This document shows positions 8,941 through 18,764 of a stretch of DNA of 64,000 nt, one piece after another. The notes beneath the pieces were generated by a model. It was not told where the DNA came from. It did no database searches and saw nothing but the letters and a program-made list of their open reading frames with translations. Each line of letters begins with the position of its first letter. Positions within the stretch are counted from its first letter, which is position 1. Origin of the DNA: a virus. Its lineage: Duplodnaviria > Caudoviricetes. Position numbers and translations under genes: made by a program. The stretch is taken from positions 32,001 to 96,000 of IMG/VR virus record IMGVR_UViG_3300035491_000042; one strand, given 5' to 3'.

Positions 8941-9786
8941 ATGACGAAGAAAAAAAGCCTGACTAGCCAGATGTTTGTTGAAGATGACGAACTCACAGTC
9001 GATGTACAAAAAGAAGAAAGTGTTACAGAAGAACCAACAACTGCACCTGCTGATGCAAACTTGGTTGAACTCCCATCAAAAGGTCTTCTTGGCTACCCAG
9101 CAACTATTGAGTACCGAGAGATGATGGTTTCTGATGAAGAAATCTTGGCTGGTGCTACTGAACAAACATATTCTAGAACACTCAATGGCGTTCTAAAGTC
9201 TGTTCTGAATAACTGTCCTTTCTATGAGAAACTAACACTCATCGACCGTGATTGGGCACTTATTTGGGTATGGGCAAACAACTACACCGATATGAAACGA
9301 GTTTCGGTTGATTGTTCTCATTGTGGTACTAAAAACGAGCATGTTGTTTATTTGAGCAAACTCCAAAGTACTCCCATCAAGGAGAGTATTGCAACTCGCA
9401 ACCCTATCCAAATCCCGATTGAGAAAACGGGTGGTTTCGTTGAAGTTCGGTTGAATACTGTTGCTGACGAGATGTTTGTAGAAGACTACATGATCAAAAA
9501 CAAAGACGCGAAGTGGGATTTTCTCATGCTGTGTCGCTCTATTAGTCTCGGTCGTGATATTCCTTTTGACGTCAAACTCAAGTGGATTCGAGAGAATATC
9601 AGTGCGAAGGAGTTTGGGCTGATTCGTAAATACCATACACACTTCTCGTATGGAATCAACCCAACCATTGAACACAAATGCGACGCGTGTGGTGGGGTCA
9701 CGCATGGTCTTGTTCCCTTTCAAGCAACCGATGTTCTGTACCCCGTCGTATCGGACGATTTTGCACACGAGCTATTTGGCGACTAA
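8941..9786 (+). CDS. Baseplate hub assembly / tail assembly chaperone (gp26-like)
   Basis: LVELPSKG, YREMMVSDEEIL, two CxxC pairs (CSHC, CDAC). Confidence 0.75.
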   Translation: MTKKKSLTSQMFVEDDELTVDVQKEESVTEEPTTAPADANLVELPSKGLLGYPATIEYREMMVSDEEILAGATEQTYSRTLNGVLKSVLNNCPFYEKLTLIDRDWALIWVWANNYTDMKRVSVDCSHCGTKNEHVVYLSKLQSTPIKESIATRNPIQIPIEKTGGFVEVRLNTVADEMFVEDYMIKNKDAKWDFLMLCRSISLGRDIPFDVKLKWIRENISAKEFGLIRKYHTHFSYGINPTIEHKCDACGGVTHGLVPFQATDVLYPVVSDDFAHELFGD

Positions 9787-9922
9787 GGTTCTCAAGCTCC
9801 AGCCGTCTGAGATACGTAGCATGTCTGTGTCGAAGTTTAACTTCTACCTTGAGATGCTTGTCGAGGACATACGGAAGAAAGACCCTTTCATACTGCCCCC
9901 ACAACTTCTGAAGATTTCATAA
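9731..9922 (+). CDS. Small gp51-like / chaperone-extension ORF, start uncertain (possible frameshift product)
   Basis: In the +1 frame overlapping the gp26-like end: LKLQPSEIRSMSVSKFNFYLEML resembles tail-chaperone C-terminal extensions; no strong RBS. Confidence 0.5.
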   Translation: MFCTPSYRTILHTSYLATKVLKLQPSEIRSMSVSKFNFYLEMLVEDIRKKDPFILPPQLLKIS

Positions 9923-9937
9923 TCTTCAGAAGTTTTT
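9904..9937 (+). terminator. Hairpin/terminator
   Basis: 13-bp perfect stem ACTTCTGAAGATT-TCAT-AATCTTCAGAAGT followed by TTTT. Confidence 0.7.
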
Positions 9938-9942
9938 GTCGT

Positions 9943-9950
9943 TATAAATA
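9943..9950 (+). promoter_or_regulatory. T4-type late promoter TATAAATA
   Basis: Exact consensus 31 nt upstream of the 9982 start. Confidence 0.8.
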
Positions 9951-9981
9951 ACACTGTAAACCTCAGAATAGGGTAAAAACA

Positions 9982-12144
9982 ATGAATCAAAACGTTAACG
10001 AACAAGTAACTCCCGACTTCGGTGCAGGAGACGCACTTCTCGATGCTCTCCTAGAGAGTGGTGTTATTAAAGAATCATCGCACTCGCTGATCCTAAGCCA
10101 CCAACTTATCAACGAGAGTAAGGAGAATACACCTACATCGTACGTTCACAAAGGACGTCGTATTAGCTGGGAGCTCTTCAAGGCGATCTACACTACATAC
10201 GATGATTACCAGACTATTCAGTCTATTTGGGATGCGCTTGGGTACAAACCAGAGTGGTTTGAACCGGGTCCAGAGGCTAAAAGTCAGACCCGCGAAGGGA
10301 ACATGCGTAAGTCACTAGACCGTATTATCACCTACTTCAAGACAAACAACGCTGATGCTCGAAAGATTCTGGTTCCATACGGAAGTCGGATGAAGGCATA
10401 CTCTCGTCACTCACAAACTCCTCTTGGTAGTGAAATCGACGACGACGGTGATTTTGACTTTGATCCTTATCGCGAGAGACCAACACGGGACGAATCCATC
10501 TTCCCCGGTGCACGTGGACGTCGTAACCGTTCGACCCAGATCATTGATCGTATTAACTCTCAGGAGCTTATGCCCGGTCAGTTCTATTCTGATTTTACGC
10601 GTATCCCACCATCTAGATGGGGTAGCTGGCTGCGATTCTGGGAACGGGACGTAACGTCAGTGAAGCATGACAAGAGTCTCTTCGGTCGCACATGGAAGAA
10701 GTTTTTCGTTCTTGGGTATCAGTTAGAATCCAACTTGATGTACGAAATCTGGTACAACAGTATCGACTCTACGTTCACAATCCACGATTTTCGTGGTAAC
10801 CAGATGCTGCGAAAGTTTCCTTCACTGAGCGAAGCAATCAAAGGTGTGTTCAACGCTGTTTCGCAGGCGTCTAATCGTGACAGTGAAGTTTTCACTTCAA
10901 TGAACAACCAGATTGCTCTTTCTGTCGGTCGCGCAATGGCTAATGGTCTTGATCCGTTTATTGATGACGTTCAGCGTCTTGAGAAGAAGGAACATGAGGA
11001 AGCAGAAGCTAAGAGACTTGAGGCTGAGAAGAAGCAGAAAGAAGCTGAAGCTGAAAAGATGCGGTTGAAAGCTGAGATCAAGAAACAAGCTGCTGCAAAC
11101 CGTGCTGCTTGGTCGAAGCAGATGGAAGAAGACCGAGAAGAAGGTATTGAGCAAATCAATCGTGTGAAGGAAAAGGCTGCTGATCTAGCAACTCAGTTTG
11201 GTCACCATGCTGCCGATGCTATGTTGAAGGCATATTCAACCGGTCGTGTGAATGCTGAATTCTTTGCCAAGAAGACTTCCGAGATGATGGGTATCTTTGG
11301 TACTCAAGAAGAACGTGAGATTCGCGCTCGTTTCGTAAGCGGAGAGATTGGTATTGACGACTATGTCCTTGAGGTTCGTAGTCTTGCTGCAAAGATCAAA
11401 GGTCAGAAAGCCCGTGAGGCTGCTGACGAGTTTCGTAAGAAGAGCGAAGACCTTGCGAAACAAACGTCCACTCCGGCTAAGAAAGCTCCAGCTAAGAAAG
11501 CAACGACTAAGAAATCTTCAGCCGTTTCTGTTGTTGATAAAGCCGTTGCAAAGCGGAATGGGAAGATTACTGAGGGGTTTGATTTCAAATACCTGATGGA
11601 AAACTTTGAAAGCTTTGAAGCACAAGAAGAGGCGGTCGATGATGTCGTAGACAGTAGTGGATATATGGCTGGTATTCGGAAGCTTCGTAAAGAGGCTACC
11701 GGTTCGCAGACCCAGAACGCAGTTCGCGGATCAATCAACTCCGAGCTGATCGAAACTTACACAGCAACCCGTGTCAACGAATCGCAGTTTGCTGGTTGGT
11801 TTAGCCGTTGGTTGAACGTGGGTCGTAAAGACCCCGTTGTTCTCCCCACTGATAAACGATCATTCTGGAACCGTGCAAAGATGTTTCTCAGTGGGCAACG
11901 CTACCAAGCAGACTTCATCGTTGGGTTCAGTCTTCGTGGTGCTGTCAATATTGAGATTTGGTATGTTACAGAACCAAACCCAGAATATGCGTTGACTGAC
12001 TTCATCTCTGGCGAGTCAAACATCCATCCGGTTGTTTCGACGTTCTATGTTTTTGATGTAACGAGTGGTCGCTTACTTCGCAAGTTCATCCCGTACTACA
12101 GAAATGCAGTACAGATCGCTATGGCGAAGATTTCAGCTCTATAA
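9982..12144 (+). CDS. Large hypothetical late (probably virion) protein with an internally duplicated domain and coiled coil
   Basis: 720-aa ORF with its own late promoter; duplicated F.(L/V)G(Y/F).L....EIWY...STF...D......LRKF domain. Confidence 0.7.
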   Translation: MNQNVNEQVTPDFGAGDALLDALLESGVIKESSHSLILSHQLINESKENTPTSYVHKGRRISWELFKAIYTTYDDYQTIQSIWDALGYKPEWFEPGPEAKSQTREGNMRKSLDRIITYFKTNNADARKILVPYGSRMKAYSRHSQTPLGSEIDDDGDFDFDPYRERPTRDESIFPGARGRRNRSTQIIDRINSQELMPGQFYSDFTRIPPSRWGSWLRFWERDVTSVKHDKSLFGRTWKKFFVLGYQLESNLMYEIWYNSIDSTFTIHDFRGNQMLRKFPSLSEAIKGVFNAVSQASNRDSEVFTSMNNQIALSVGRAMANGLDPFIDDVQRLEKKEHEEAEAKRLEAEKKQKEAEAEKMRLKAEIKKQAAANRAAWSKQMEEDREEGIEQINRVKEKAADLATQFGHHAADAMLKAYSTGRVNAEFFAKKTSEMMGIFGTQEEREIRARFVSGEIGIDDYVLEVRSLAAKIKGQKAREAADEFRKKSEDLAKQTSTPAKKAPAKKATTKKSSAVSVVDKAVAKRNGKITEGFDFKYLMENFESFEAQEEAVDDVVDSSGYMAGIRKLRKEATGSQTQNAVRGSINSELIETYTATRVNESQFAGWFSRWLNVGRKDPVVLPTDKRSFWNRAKMFLSGQRYQADFIVGFSLRGAVNIEIWYVTEPNPEYALTDFISGESNIHPVVSTFYVFDVTSGRLLRKFIPYYRNAVQIAMAKISAL

Positions 12145-12154
12145 GGAATAAGAA

Positions 12155-14101
12155 ATGGCGTTTGACAATGACGAAAAGGAATATCTCCAAGCACTAGGTA
12201 TCTTTGGGGCACGACGTGCCCTAGAGATGCAGTCTGGTGATGACCGAATTACCGAGTACCGTCGCATGGAATCGATGCAGAACATGCTCTCGCGTATGGA
12301 GTTTCCAGTCGTCGTTGAAGGAATTGACGACCGTACTGCTGAGCGATTTGCGAGTGTGATGACTTCACACGTGCAGCGTGTACGCCTCACTGGGGTATTG
12401 GGCGATCTTATCCACCCATTCATGGATCGGCTGCGTGGTCTTCAGGACGAGAGTAGTGAGATGCACATGCGCAACCACTATGAATCGTCTCTGTACGCCA
12501 GTAAGATGCTGAGTGCCCTTCAGCGTATGGAAGCGGCTGGACAGGCGCAGGAGCGTGGTATTTATCTGGCTATTCGTGAATTCCAGATGAATCCGCTACT
12601 GAAAACGCTCAACGTCTCGATGCGAGCGATTCGTGGCTCACTTAGCTTGGCATTTGGTGTTGCGTTCGGTTTTAAGAAGCGCAAGTCAGATACAGATCGT
12701 ATCGTTGATGCGATCAAGGAGCAGACCGAATGGATGATGGAAGGACAGATCAGCCAGCAACAGGGAATCTTTACACGTCTCTTTCGTCAGGGTCTCATCG
12801 GTTTCAGCGCTAGAACATTCGGAGCATTAGGTGCGGGTGCTCTTGGTATCGGTAGAGATAGGGCTCAGGACGCCGAGAACCGCCGCTCACGAGGTGAAGA
12901 GACAAACTTCGGGGACGCGGTGAGTCGTTTCCTTTTCCGCAACACAATCACTCGTAGGGGACGTATGAACCCATTCGGTGGGGGTTCTATTGGTTTTGGA
13001 GAAGACGCGCAGTTTGAAGAACTTGGTGGGGTTAACATTTATCAAGTCGGTGACCGGGTAACACATCGTCTACTTGGCGACACGTTCAAACATATCAGTC
13101 GATACGACGAGCGTCAGGAGATTCTTGCTATTGAGGATAACAGCAACTTCCAAGCAATCCGAAAGTTCACAAAGGAAACCAAAGAAGAGGTTCGTAAACA
13201 TCGTCGTCAGGCATTTTGGCAAGGGATGCTCAACATCGGTGCAAACGTCATTCGTGGTATTGGTGGTCTGGCACTGAAGGCTGTCAGTCTCATTGGTGCG
13301 CTAGCACCGCTGGCTAAGCTTGGTGGGGTCATTCTCGGTGGTCTCGCCGCACTGGGTACTAGGATCGTGACTGCGATCAGAACATCTCGTCTTGGGTCTC
13401 CGGGTGGTGATGGACCAGATGGCGGTAGAAGAAACAGGCGTGGTGGTGGAAGAAACCCGCGCGGTGGTGCTGGTGGTGCTGGTGGAAGACCCCCGAGTGG
13501 TTCACCGCGCATTGGTGCTGGTCGTTTCGGACTTGGATTTGGTTCTCTACTTGGTTTTGGACTTGGACTTGGTGCTGACTACGTCGGAAGAGATACTGGT
13601 GCCGGTGCTGCTCTGGACGTTGCTGGTAGCACACTAGGATATGCAAGCACTGGAGCTCTCCTTGGTTCATTCATACTACCGGGTATCGGGACGGCGGTTG
13701 GTGGTGTCGCTGGTGGGTTGCTTGGTCTTGGTCTTGGTGCATACAATAACAGGGAAACCATTTTTGGCCCATCTCCAACGGAAATTCCGTACTCTGGGTC
13801 TCCTATGGCTGTTCCTAACCAGAATGGTCCTGTTCGTTATGGCTCCACCATGCCTAACTATGAAGATGTGCTGAGCTCTGCGCATCAAAAGAACATCGAG
13901 ACCCTTATCAACGAGACCTCGCTTCAACGCGATGAGAGTATCCCTGAGATGGTTGACCTGATGCGTAATCAACAGAATATTAACAAAGAACAGATGCGCA
14001 TACTTGAGCGCATCGCTAATAACACTGAAACTTCACCATCTGGTAGTGTTTTTGATGGTGTTACAGATGCAGAGCTCATGAGAGCTATTGGTGGGAGATA
14101 A
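12155..14101 (+). CDS. Probable tape-measure / baseplate hub protein (gp29-like)
   Basis: Helical N-terminus, Gly/Ala-rich hydrophobic segments (GALLGSFILPGIGTAVGGVAGGLLG); position after the chaperone genes. Confidence 0.6.
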   Translation: MAFDNDEKEYLQALGIFGARRALEMQSGDDRITEYRRMESMQNMLSRMEFPVVVEGIDDRTAERFASVMTSHVQRVRLTGVLGDLIHPFMDRLRGLQDESSEMHMRNHYESSLYASKMLSALQRMEAAGQAQERGIYLAIREFQMNPLLKTLNVSMRAIRGSLSLAFGVAFGFKKRKSDTDRIVDAIKEQTEWMMEGQISQQQGIFTRLFRQGLIGFSARTFGALGAGALGIGRDRAQDAENRRSRGEETNFGDAVSRFLFRNTITRRGRMNPFGGGSIGFGEDAQFEELGGVNIYQVGDRVTHRLLGDTFKHISRYDERQEILAIEDNSNFQAIRKFTKETKEEVRKHRRQAFWQGMLNIGANVIRGIGGLALKAVSLIGALAPLAKLGGVILGGLAALGTRIVTAIRTSRLGSPGGDGPDGGRRNRRGGGRNPRGGAGGAGGRPPSGSPRIGAGRFGLGFGSLLGFGLGLGADYVGRDTGAGAALDVAGSTLGYASTGALLGSFILPGIGTAVGGVAGGLLGLGLGAYNNRETIFGPSPTEIPYSGSPMAVPNQNGPVRYGSTMPNYEDVLSSAHQKNIETLINETSLQRDESIPEMVDLMRNQQNINKEQMRILERIANNTETSPSGSVFDGVTDAELMRAIGGR

Positions 14102-14103
14102 CA

Positions 14104-14895
14104 ATGCAGCGTAAGATGTCGGAGTTGTCCAGTAAACACAAGATTGTCTTGTCATCTGGAACAAGAAAGGTGGAAGCTCCACTTCCACCTGACTTTGGTT
14201 TTACTGTAGGCTCTGAGTATACAACTCCATTTGATGTGGGGAACATTTCTGGTAATATCCAGAAACTTTATGCCGTGTTAGGTATTTCTAACCCGGTAGG
14301 TCTTCGCATGCGTAAATTATATGCGAACCCAGAACCAAGTGAGATTTCTTTTGACATGGAGTTTGCTGCTTATTACTCTGCTAAAGAAGAAGTCGTTCTT
14401 CCTATTGTGACTCTTCTTATGATGTCTCTTGGGCACGTAACAACTAATGCGGACATTGAGGCTTATATTAAGAGGTTTGCAGACTTGGCAGCTAAGGGTA
14501 TTGCGTTAACCGGTGAGGCTGCTGAGACGGTGGAACTTTTGAGTGGCGGTGCGGCAGATGCAATCAATTCTGGTGCTACATATACTGAAGGTGCCGTCGA
14601 TACAGCTACCGACGTCGCTACCGAGACCCTGAATAATGGAACGGTGTCTGCTGTTACTGGGTCGATACTAGACTTGATCAACCTCATCTCAGCGCCTGAA
14701 CCATGCATCCTTCGGTTTGGCGACTTCATTACACTGCCAAAGGTGTTTGTGACGAGTACGGCTGTTCAGTTCTCTAATGTTCTGGACAAAGATGGGTATC
14801 CTATGAGCGGAACGGTTTCCGTGACATGTGTACCGCAACTGGCGATTCTTGCTGATGATATTGGACCGATGTTCGGTTCCATTGTGGGGGTATGA
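14104..14895 (+). CDS. Baseplate / tube-initiator-like protein
   Basis: APEPCILRFG...V.FSNVLD..GYPMSGTVSVT pattern of contractile-system tube initiators; synteny. Confidence 0.55.
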   Translation: MQRKMSELSSKHKIVLSSGTRKVEAPLPPDFGFTVGSEYTTPFDVGNISGNIQKLYAVLGISNPVGLRMRKLYANPEPSEISFDMEFAAYYSAKEEVVLPIVTLLMMSLGHVTTNADIEAYIKRFADLAAKGIALTGEAAETVELLSGGAADAINSGATYTEGAVDTATDVATETLNNGTVSAVTGSILDLINLISAPEPCILRFGDFITLPKVFVTSTAVQFSNVLDKDGYPMSGTVSVTCVPQLAILADDIGPMFGSIVGV

Positions 14896-15212
14896 CAATG
14901 TCGATGACAATCAGGAAATACTTCTTTGATGAAGTTGAAGTGAATGGAAACAAAGAGATTGACTACCTATCAACTCGACTTACTGGTATGTCTCTCAGTA
15001 CAGTAGATACCCATAGGGTAAGTGCTGTAACGGCTGGTAGGCTTGATTTGATCTCAGTGATCTTCTACGGGACGTATGACCTTGGGTGGCTCATATGCGA
15101 ACACAATCAACTCAAAGACCCTGTCGGAGATGTGTTCGTTGGGAGAGTTTTAAAAATTCCTTCAATCACAGAATACTATCAATACTATAACAGAAACACA
15201 AGGAAGGTTTGA
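14892..15212 (+). CDS. Baseplate wedge protein (gp53/LysM-like)
   Basis: RLDLIS..FYG...LGWLICEHN...P......G.VLKIP. Confidence 0.8.
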   Translation: MTMSMTIRKYFFDEVEVNGNKEIDYLSTRLTGMSLSTVDTHRVSAVTAGRLDLISVIFYGTYDLGWLICEHNQLKDPVGDVFVGRVLKIPSITEYYQYYNRNTRKV

Positions 15213-16492
15213 TGAAAACATTCGAGATTTTCTCTCAGCTTATATGGGTCGGCTCTTCGACTGAGTCTATCTTTGTTCGCCTCTCCTGTAATCAGGATAT
15301 TGGTCTGAAGAGCATTACTGCTGAGTCGATGGAAATCGTTGAGTCTTTTTCAATTGCCTCTCCTGCTGTTTCTTTTGAGTTCACAGATGGGAACGGTGAT
15401 TTTGTCAACCATATAAAACCCAACCCATCAACAACGTTTTATCTTGATATTGGTCGAAGCATAATTGACACGACCCGAATCAGTTTGAAGTGCGTAAAAC
15501 TTGTGATGCTGAACAAGAAAGCCGGGTCAGCAGAACAGATTGCGTTTAAGATGTTCTTTGCTCATGAGAGCTGGGACACCATGACGAGTATTCGTAGAAA
15601 CCGTGGCTGGGCAAACACAAAACACACTGACATTGTTCGTGAGATTGTTGCGGATGCCGGGTATGACTTAACTGATATTGCTGATGGGTCATCAAAAGAA
15701 GAATACACCATCCAGCCGTACTGGGATAACATTAAGATGATCCGTTACCTTCAGATGTCAAATAGAAGCCCAAATGGTGGACATACTGAGTTCGGTATGC
15801 GGCTGAATGGGGAGTTTGTCTTCAAGACAACTGGGGATATGATTGTTGAGCAACGCACATCAGCAATCAACCGAGAACTTCCTATCATCCGGCTGGAAGG
15901 ACAGATTTCGGATGAGAGCACTCGTAAGACTGCGTATGATAACAACTACGGGGTTCCTACATACTTTGCTCACTTCTCTGCGTCCGAAAGATACATGGAC
16001 GCGGTTCGTAACGGTGGTGGTGGTTACAAAGCCATGCAGTATGATTCGATAAGCGACGTTCTGAACGTCAGGGACGTAAAGTATTCAACCAGCCAAACCA
16101 TTCAACTGTCGGACTGGGCTGCTGTTCAGACTGTTCATGAAACCTCCAATATCATGTGGTATGGTGGTAGGGATGCGAGTGTCTTTGATGATGCTTTGAA
16201 CGATGTAGTTGATATCGTAGACTCGATGAATACCTTTGAAATCTCGATGGATGGTGCGGTTGATCTGCATATTGGGAGATTAGTCGAACTGATTATCCCA
16301 GTACCAATTAACATCGGCTCTCTCATCCCCAGCAACCTTCTGTACTCTGGGTTCTATCTTGTTTCCGGTGTCCAACACAAAATCCGTTTCTCAAGCGGTA
16401 GAGTTGGTACTCAAGTATTCCTTATGCGCGAAGGGTTCGACACCAAGAACCTAGACGGATATATAAAGAGTCTAAAAGGGAAATTCGTATGA
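15212..16492 (+). CDS. Baseplate hub protein (gp27-like)
   Basis: Position before gp5; C-terminal YSGFYLVSGVQHKI pattern of hub proteins. Confidence 0.65.
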   Translation: MKTFEIFSQLIWVGSSTESIFVRLSCNQDIGLKSITAESMEIVESFSIASPAVSFEFTDGNGDFVNHIKPNPSTTFYLDIGRSIIDTTRISLKCVKLVMLNKKAGSAEQIAFKMFFAHESWDTMTSIRRNRGWANTKHTDIVREIVADAGYDLTDIADGSSKEEYTIQPYWDNIKMIRYLQMSNRSPNGGHTEFGMRLNGEFVFKTTGDMIVEQRTSAINRELPIIRLEGQISDESTRKTAYDNNYGVPTYFAHFSASERYMDAVRNGGGGYKAMQYDSISDVLNVRDVKYSTSQTIQLSDWAAVQTVHETSNIMWYGGRDASVFDDALNDVVDIVDSMNTFEISMDGAVDLHIGRLVELIIPVPINIGSLIPSNLLYSGFYLVSGVQHKIRFSSGRVGTQVFLMREGFDTKNLDGYIKSLKGKFV

Positions 16493-17934
16493 AAGGTGGT
16501 TTTGATTCTGACGCTGACAAGTTTTCATTCACTGGGATTCGACGTGGGGTAGTCGTTGACAACAATGACCCATATGGTTTCGGTCGCTGCAAGATTCGTG
16601 TGTTTGGTGTTTACGATGAGTTAAGTGCAGACGTCATCCCATGGGCTGAATACGCAGACCCGTTCATGATTGGTGGAACCGTGAACGCGGGTGGGTGCTT
16701 CGTCCCAGCAGTAGGGGCGAAGGTGTGGTGTTTCTTCGAAGCCGACGACCACAGACAGCCGGTTTATTTCGCTGGAGCACCATCAGCCAAGGACATGCCA
16801 TCGAATCGCAATTCCAACCCAGAGGGGACGGTTGCGTACCCTAATAACAGGGTCTTCAAATCACTCTCTGGTCATGTCATCGAGTTTGACGATACCCCCG
16901 GTGCCGAACGTGTCCGTATCCTCCATAAAAGTGGGACCGAGACGGTCATGTACGCCAATGGCGATATGATTGAACGCGTCGTTGGGGATTTTACCCGTAT
17001 CGTGAATGGTAATCTTACTGAACAGATCGTTGGTGATGTTGTCCGTCAATATGGCGGAAACAACAAAGAACTAATTGGTGGTGATTCGCTTCGCACTGCA
17101 AATGGCCAACTTAGCGAAATGAGTGGTGGTGGGTCATCCTACCTCACTGGTGGGAACATGTCACTGGATGGTTCCAAGATCGACCTGAACAAAGGTGGTA
17201 TGGCTATCATCTCTGCTGGGGCAGTTGCCGGTTTTGAGGTGCCAGACGATATTCAAATGACACCACGTAACGCAACGCTGGTGATTCAAGAGCTCGGCTC
17301 TCGCGCAGCGTTCGATGAGGATGGTCAGGAAATCCCAGAGGACTGGCCTGCTGAAGAGTCGGAGACATCTGTTCTTGAACCGACACAAATCCTAACACCA
17401 CCAACACCAGCGTCGGAGATCACTGCTGAATGCGAGATCATCACTAAAGTAGATTACTCGTATAAATTGTCACCAAACTTCACCATTGGATCACTTTCGA
17501 TCAATACAATCTTTCCGCACACGGTGAAAGCGCAGGGATCGTTTGATCTCAGTGGGATAATCTGCAATATGAAACATTTGTGCTTGAATATTCTTGAGCC
17601 TCTTCTCGCCCAATACCCGAACATTCGGATCAACAGTGGTTTTCGCACTGGCTCTGGTTCATCTCAACATGAGCGCGGTCAGGCAGTTGATATTCAGGTT
17701 CCCGGTTTCAGTGCTGCTGATTATAGTGACATGGCATCGTGGATCATGAGTAATTTGAATTTCGACCAATTCCTGCTCGAATTTGGTAGAGCACCATGGG
17801 TACACCTATCATTCGACCCAACCAGAACCGGTGGACAGCGAGGGATGATTGGGACGTTCTACCCACGGAATTCCCCGCAGTGGGAATTTGGCGTATTGAA
17901 GAACTACTACGACAACGGTAGAATCATTACTTGA
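16489..17934 (+). CDS. Baseplate central spike (gp5-like) with C-terminal peptidase M15-like domain
   Basis: OB-fold GVVVDNNDP...GRCKIRV; SGHVIEFDDTPGAERVRILHKSGT; beta-helix repeats; C-terminal INSGFR..SQHERGQAVDI..WVHLS. Confidence 0.88.
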   Translation: MKGGFDSDADKFSFTGIRRGVVVDNNDPYGFGRCKIRVFGVYDELSADVIPWAEYADPFMIGGTVNAGGCFVPAVGAKVWCFFEADDHRQPVYFAGAPSAKDMPSNRNSNPEGTVAYPNNRVFKSLSGHVIEFDDTPGAERVRILHKSGTETVMYANGDMIERVVGDFTRIVNGNLTEQIVGDVVRQYGGNNKELIGGDSLRTANGQLSEMSGGGSSYLTGGNMSLDGSKIDLNKGGMAIISAGAVAGFEVPDDIQMTPRNATLVIQELGSRAAFDEDGQEIPEDWPAEESETSVLEPTQILTPPTPASEITAECEIITKVDYSYKLSPNFTIGSLSINTIFPHTVKAQGSFDLSGIICNMKHLCLNILEPLLAQYPNIRINSGFRTGSGSSQHERGQAVDIQVPGFSAADYSDMASWIMSNLNFDQFLLEFGRAPWVHLSFDPTRTGGQRGMIGTFYPRNSPQWEFGVLKNYYDNGRIIT

Positions 17935-17953
17935 AAAAGTGGGAGAACAATCT

Positions 17954-18709
17954 ATGCCATCACAAACAATCTTTGTTGGTGATACACTACCAAGTAACCA
18001 GTATGGCGACTTTGTCGTCATTGCGTACAAGAACGCGCATGAGATATATGTTCGCTTTCTAAACACCGGATCAGTTGTAAAAACGAAGTCGTCCCACATC
18101 AAGAGTGGCTTGGTCAAGGATAGATACGCCCCGACACTATACGGAATAGGTGTCATCGGTGACAAACACCCGACTATGCTAGATGGTAAACCTCATCCCG
18201 TTTATGTCAAATGGGCAGGCATGTTTGAGCGGTGTTATGGTGGCAACGACTCGACAGAGTCTTATAGAAGAAATTGTGTCACCGTCGCAGAAGATTTTCA
18301 TTCCTATGAGAAATTTTACGAGTTCTTTACTAACCTACCAAACAGCGACAAAACACACTGGAATTTAGATAAAGACCTAAAGGGTGGGAGTGAATACTCA
18401 CCAGAAACAGTATGCCTTCTACCGCCAGAGATCAACATGGCTTTGGTTTGTATCACAAAAAGGAATTCAAGCGGTCTTCCGGGGGTTCGTCGAAGTGGTG
18501 AGAAATTTACTGCTCGTATTATGTTGGCTAACGACGAACGGCATATAGGAACCTTCGCAACACAAGAAGAAGCATATCATGCATACCGTGTGGCGAAGAA
18601 CAAATGGGTGATTGAACTGACTGAGAAGTATTCTGAACACCTAGAAAGCGATATTGTTAATCTTCTGCAAAATTGGTTTCCTCCAACCATAGACGAAATC
18701 ATTACCTAA
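17954..18709 (+). CDS. Free-standing HNH-like homing endonuclease with AP2-like C-terminal domain
   Basis: W.GM..RCY, LDKDL...YSPETVCLLP.EIN, SGLPGV...HIGTF.TQEEA..AY; ATG 17954 with GGAG RBS. Confidence 0.8.
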   Translation: MPSQTIFVGDTLPSNQYGDFVVIAYKNAHEIYVRFLNTGSVVKTKSSHIKSGLVKDRYAPTLYGIGVIGDKHPTMLDGKPHPVYVKWAGMFERCYGGNDSTESYRRNCVTVAEDFHSYEKFYEFFTNLPNSDKTHWNLDKDLKGGSEYSPETVCLLPPEINMALVCITKRNSSGLPGVRRSGEKFTARIMLANDERHIGTFATQEEAYHAYRVAKNKWVIELTEKYSEHLESDIVNLLQNWFPPTIDEIIT

Positions 18710-18723
18710 TCCGATCACAGAAA

Positions 18724-18758
18724 ACTCCGTCGATAAATACTCATAAGATCGACGGAGT
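18724..18758 (+). promoter_or_regulatory. RBS-sequestering hairpin with a late promoter in its loop
   Basis: 11-bp stem ACTCCGTCGAT/ATCGACGGAGT; TAAATA at 18734-18739; GGAG RBS of the gp25-like gene in the 3' arm. Confidence 0.75.
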
Positions 18759-18764
18759 AGTCTA

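Noticed and set aside
13390-13745. GGT/GGA-rich quasi-repeats (GGTCTTGGTCTTGGT)
   Set aside because: Explained by Gly-rich coding in the tape-measure-like protein.
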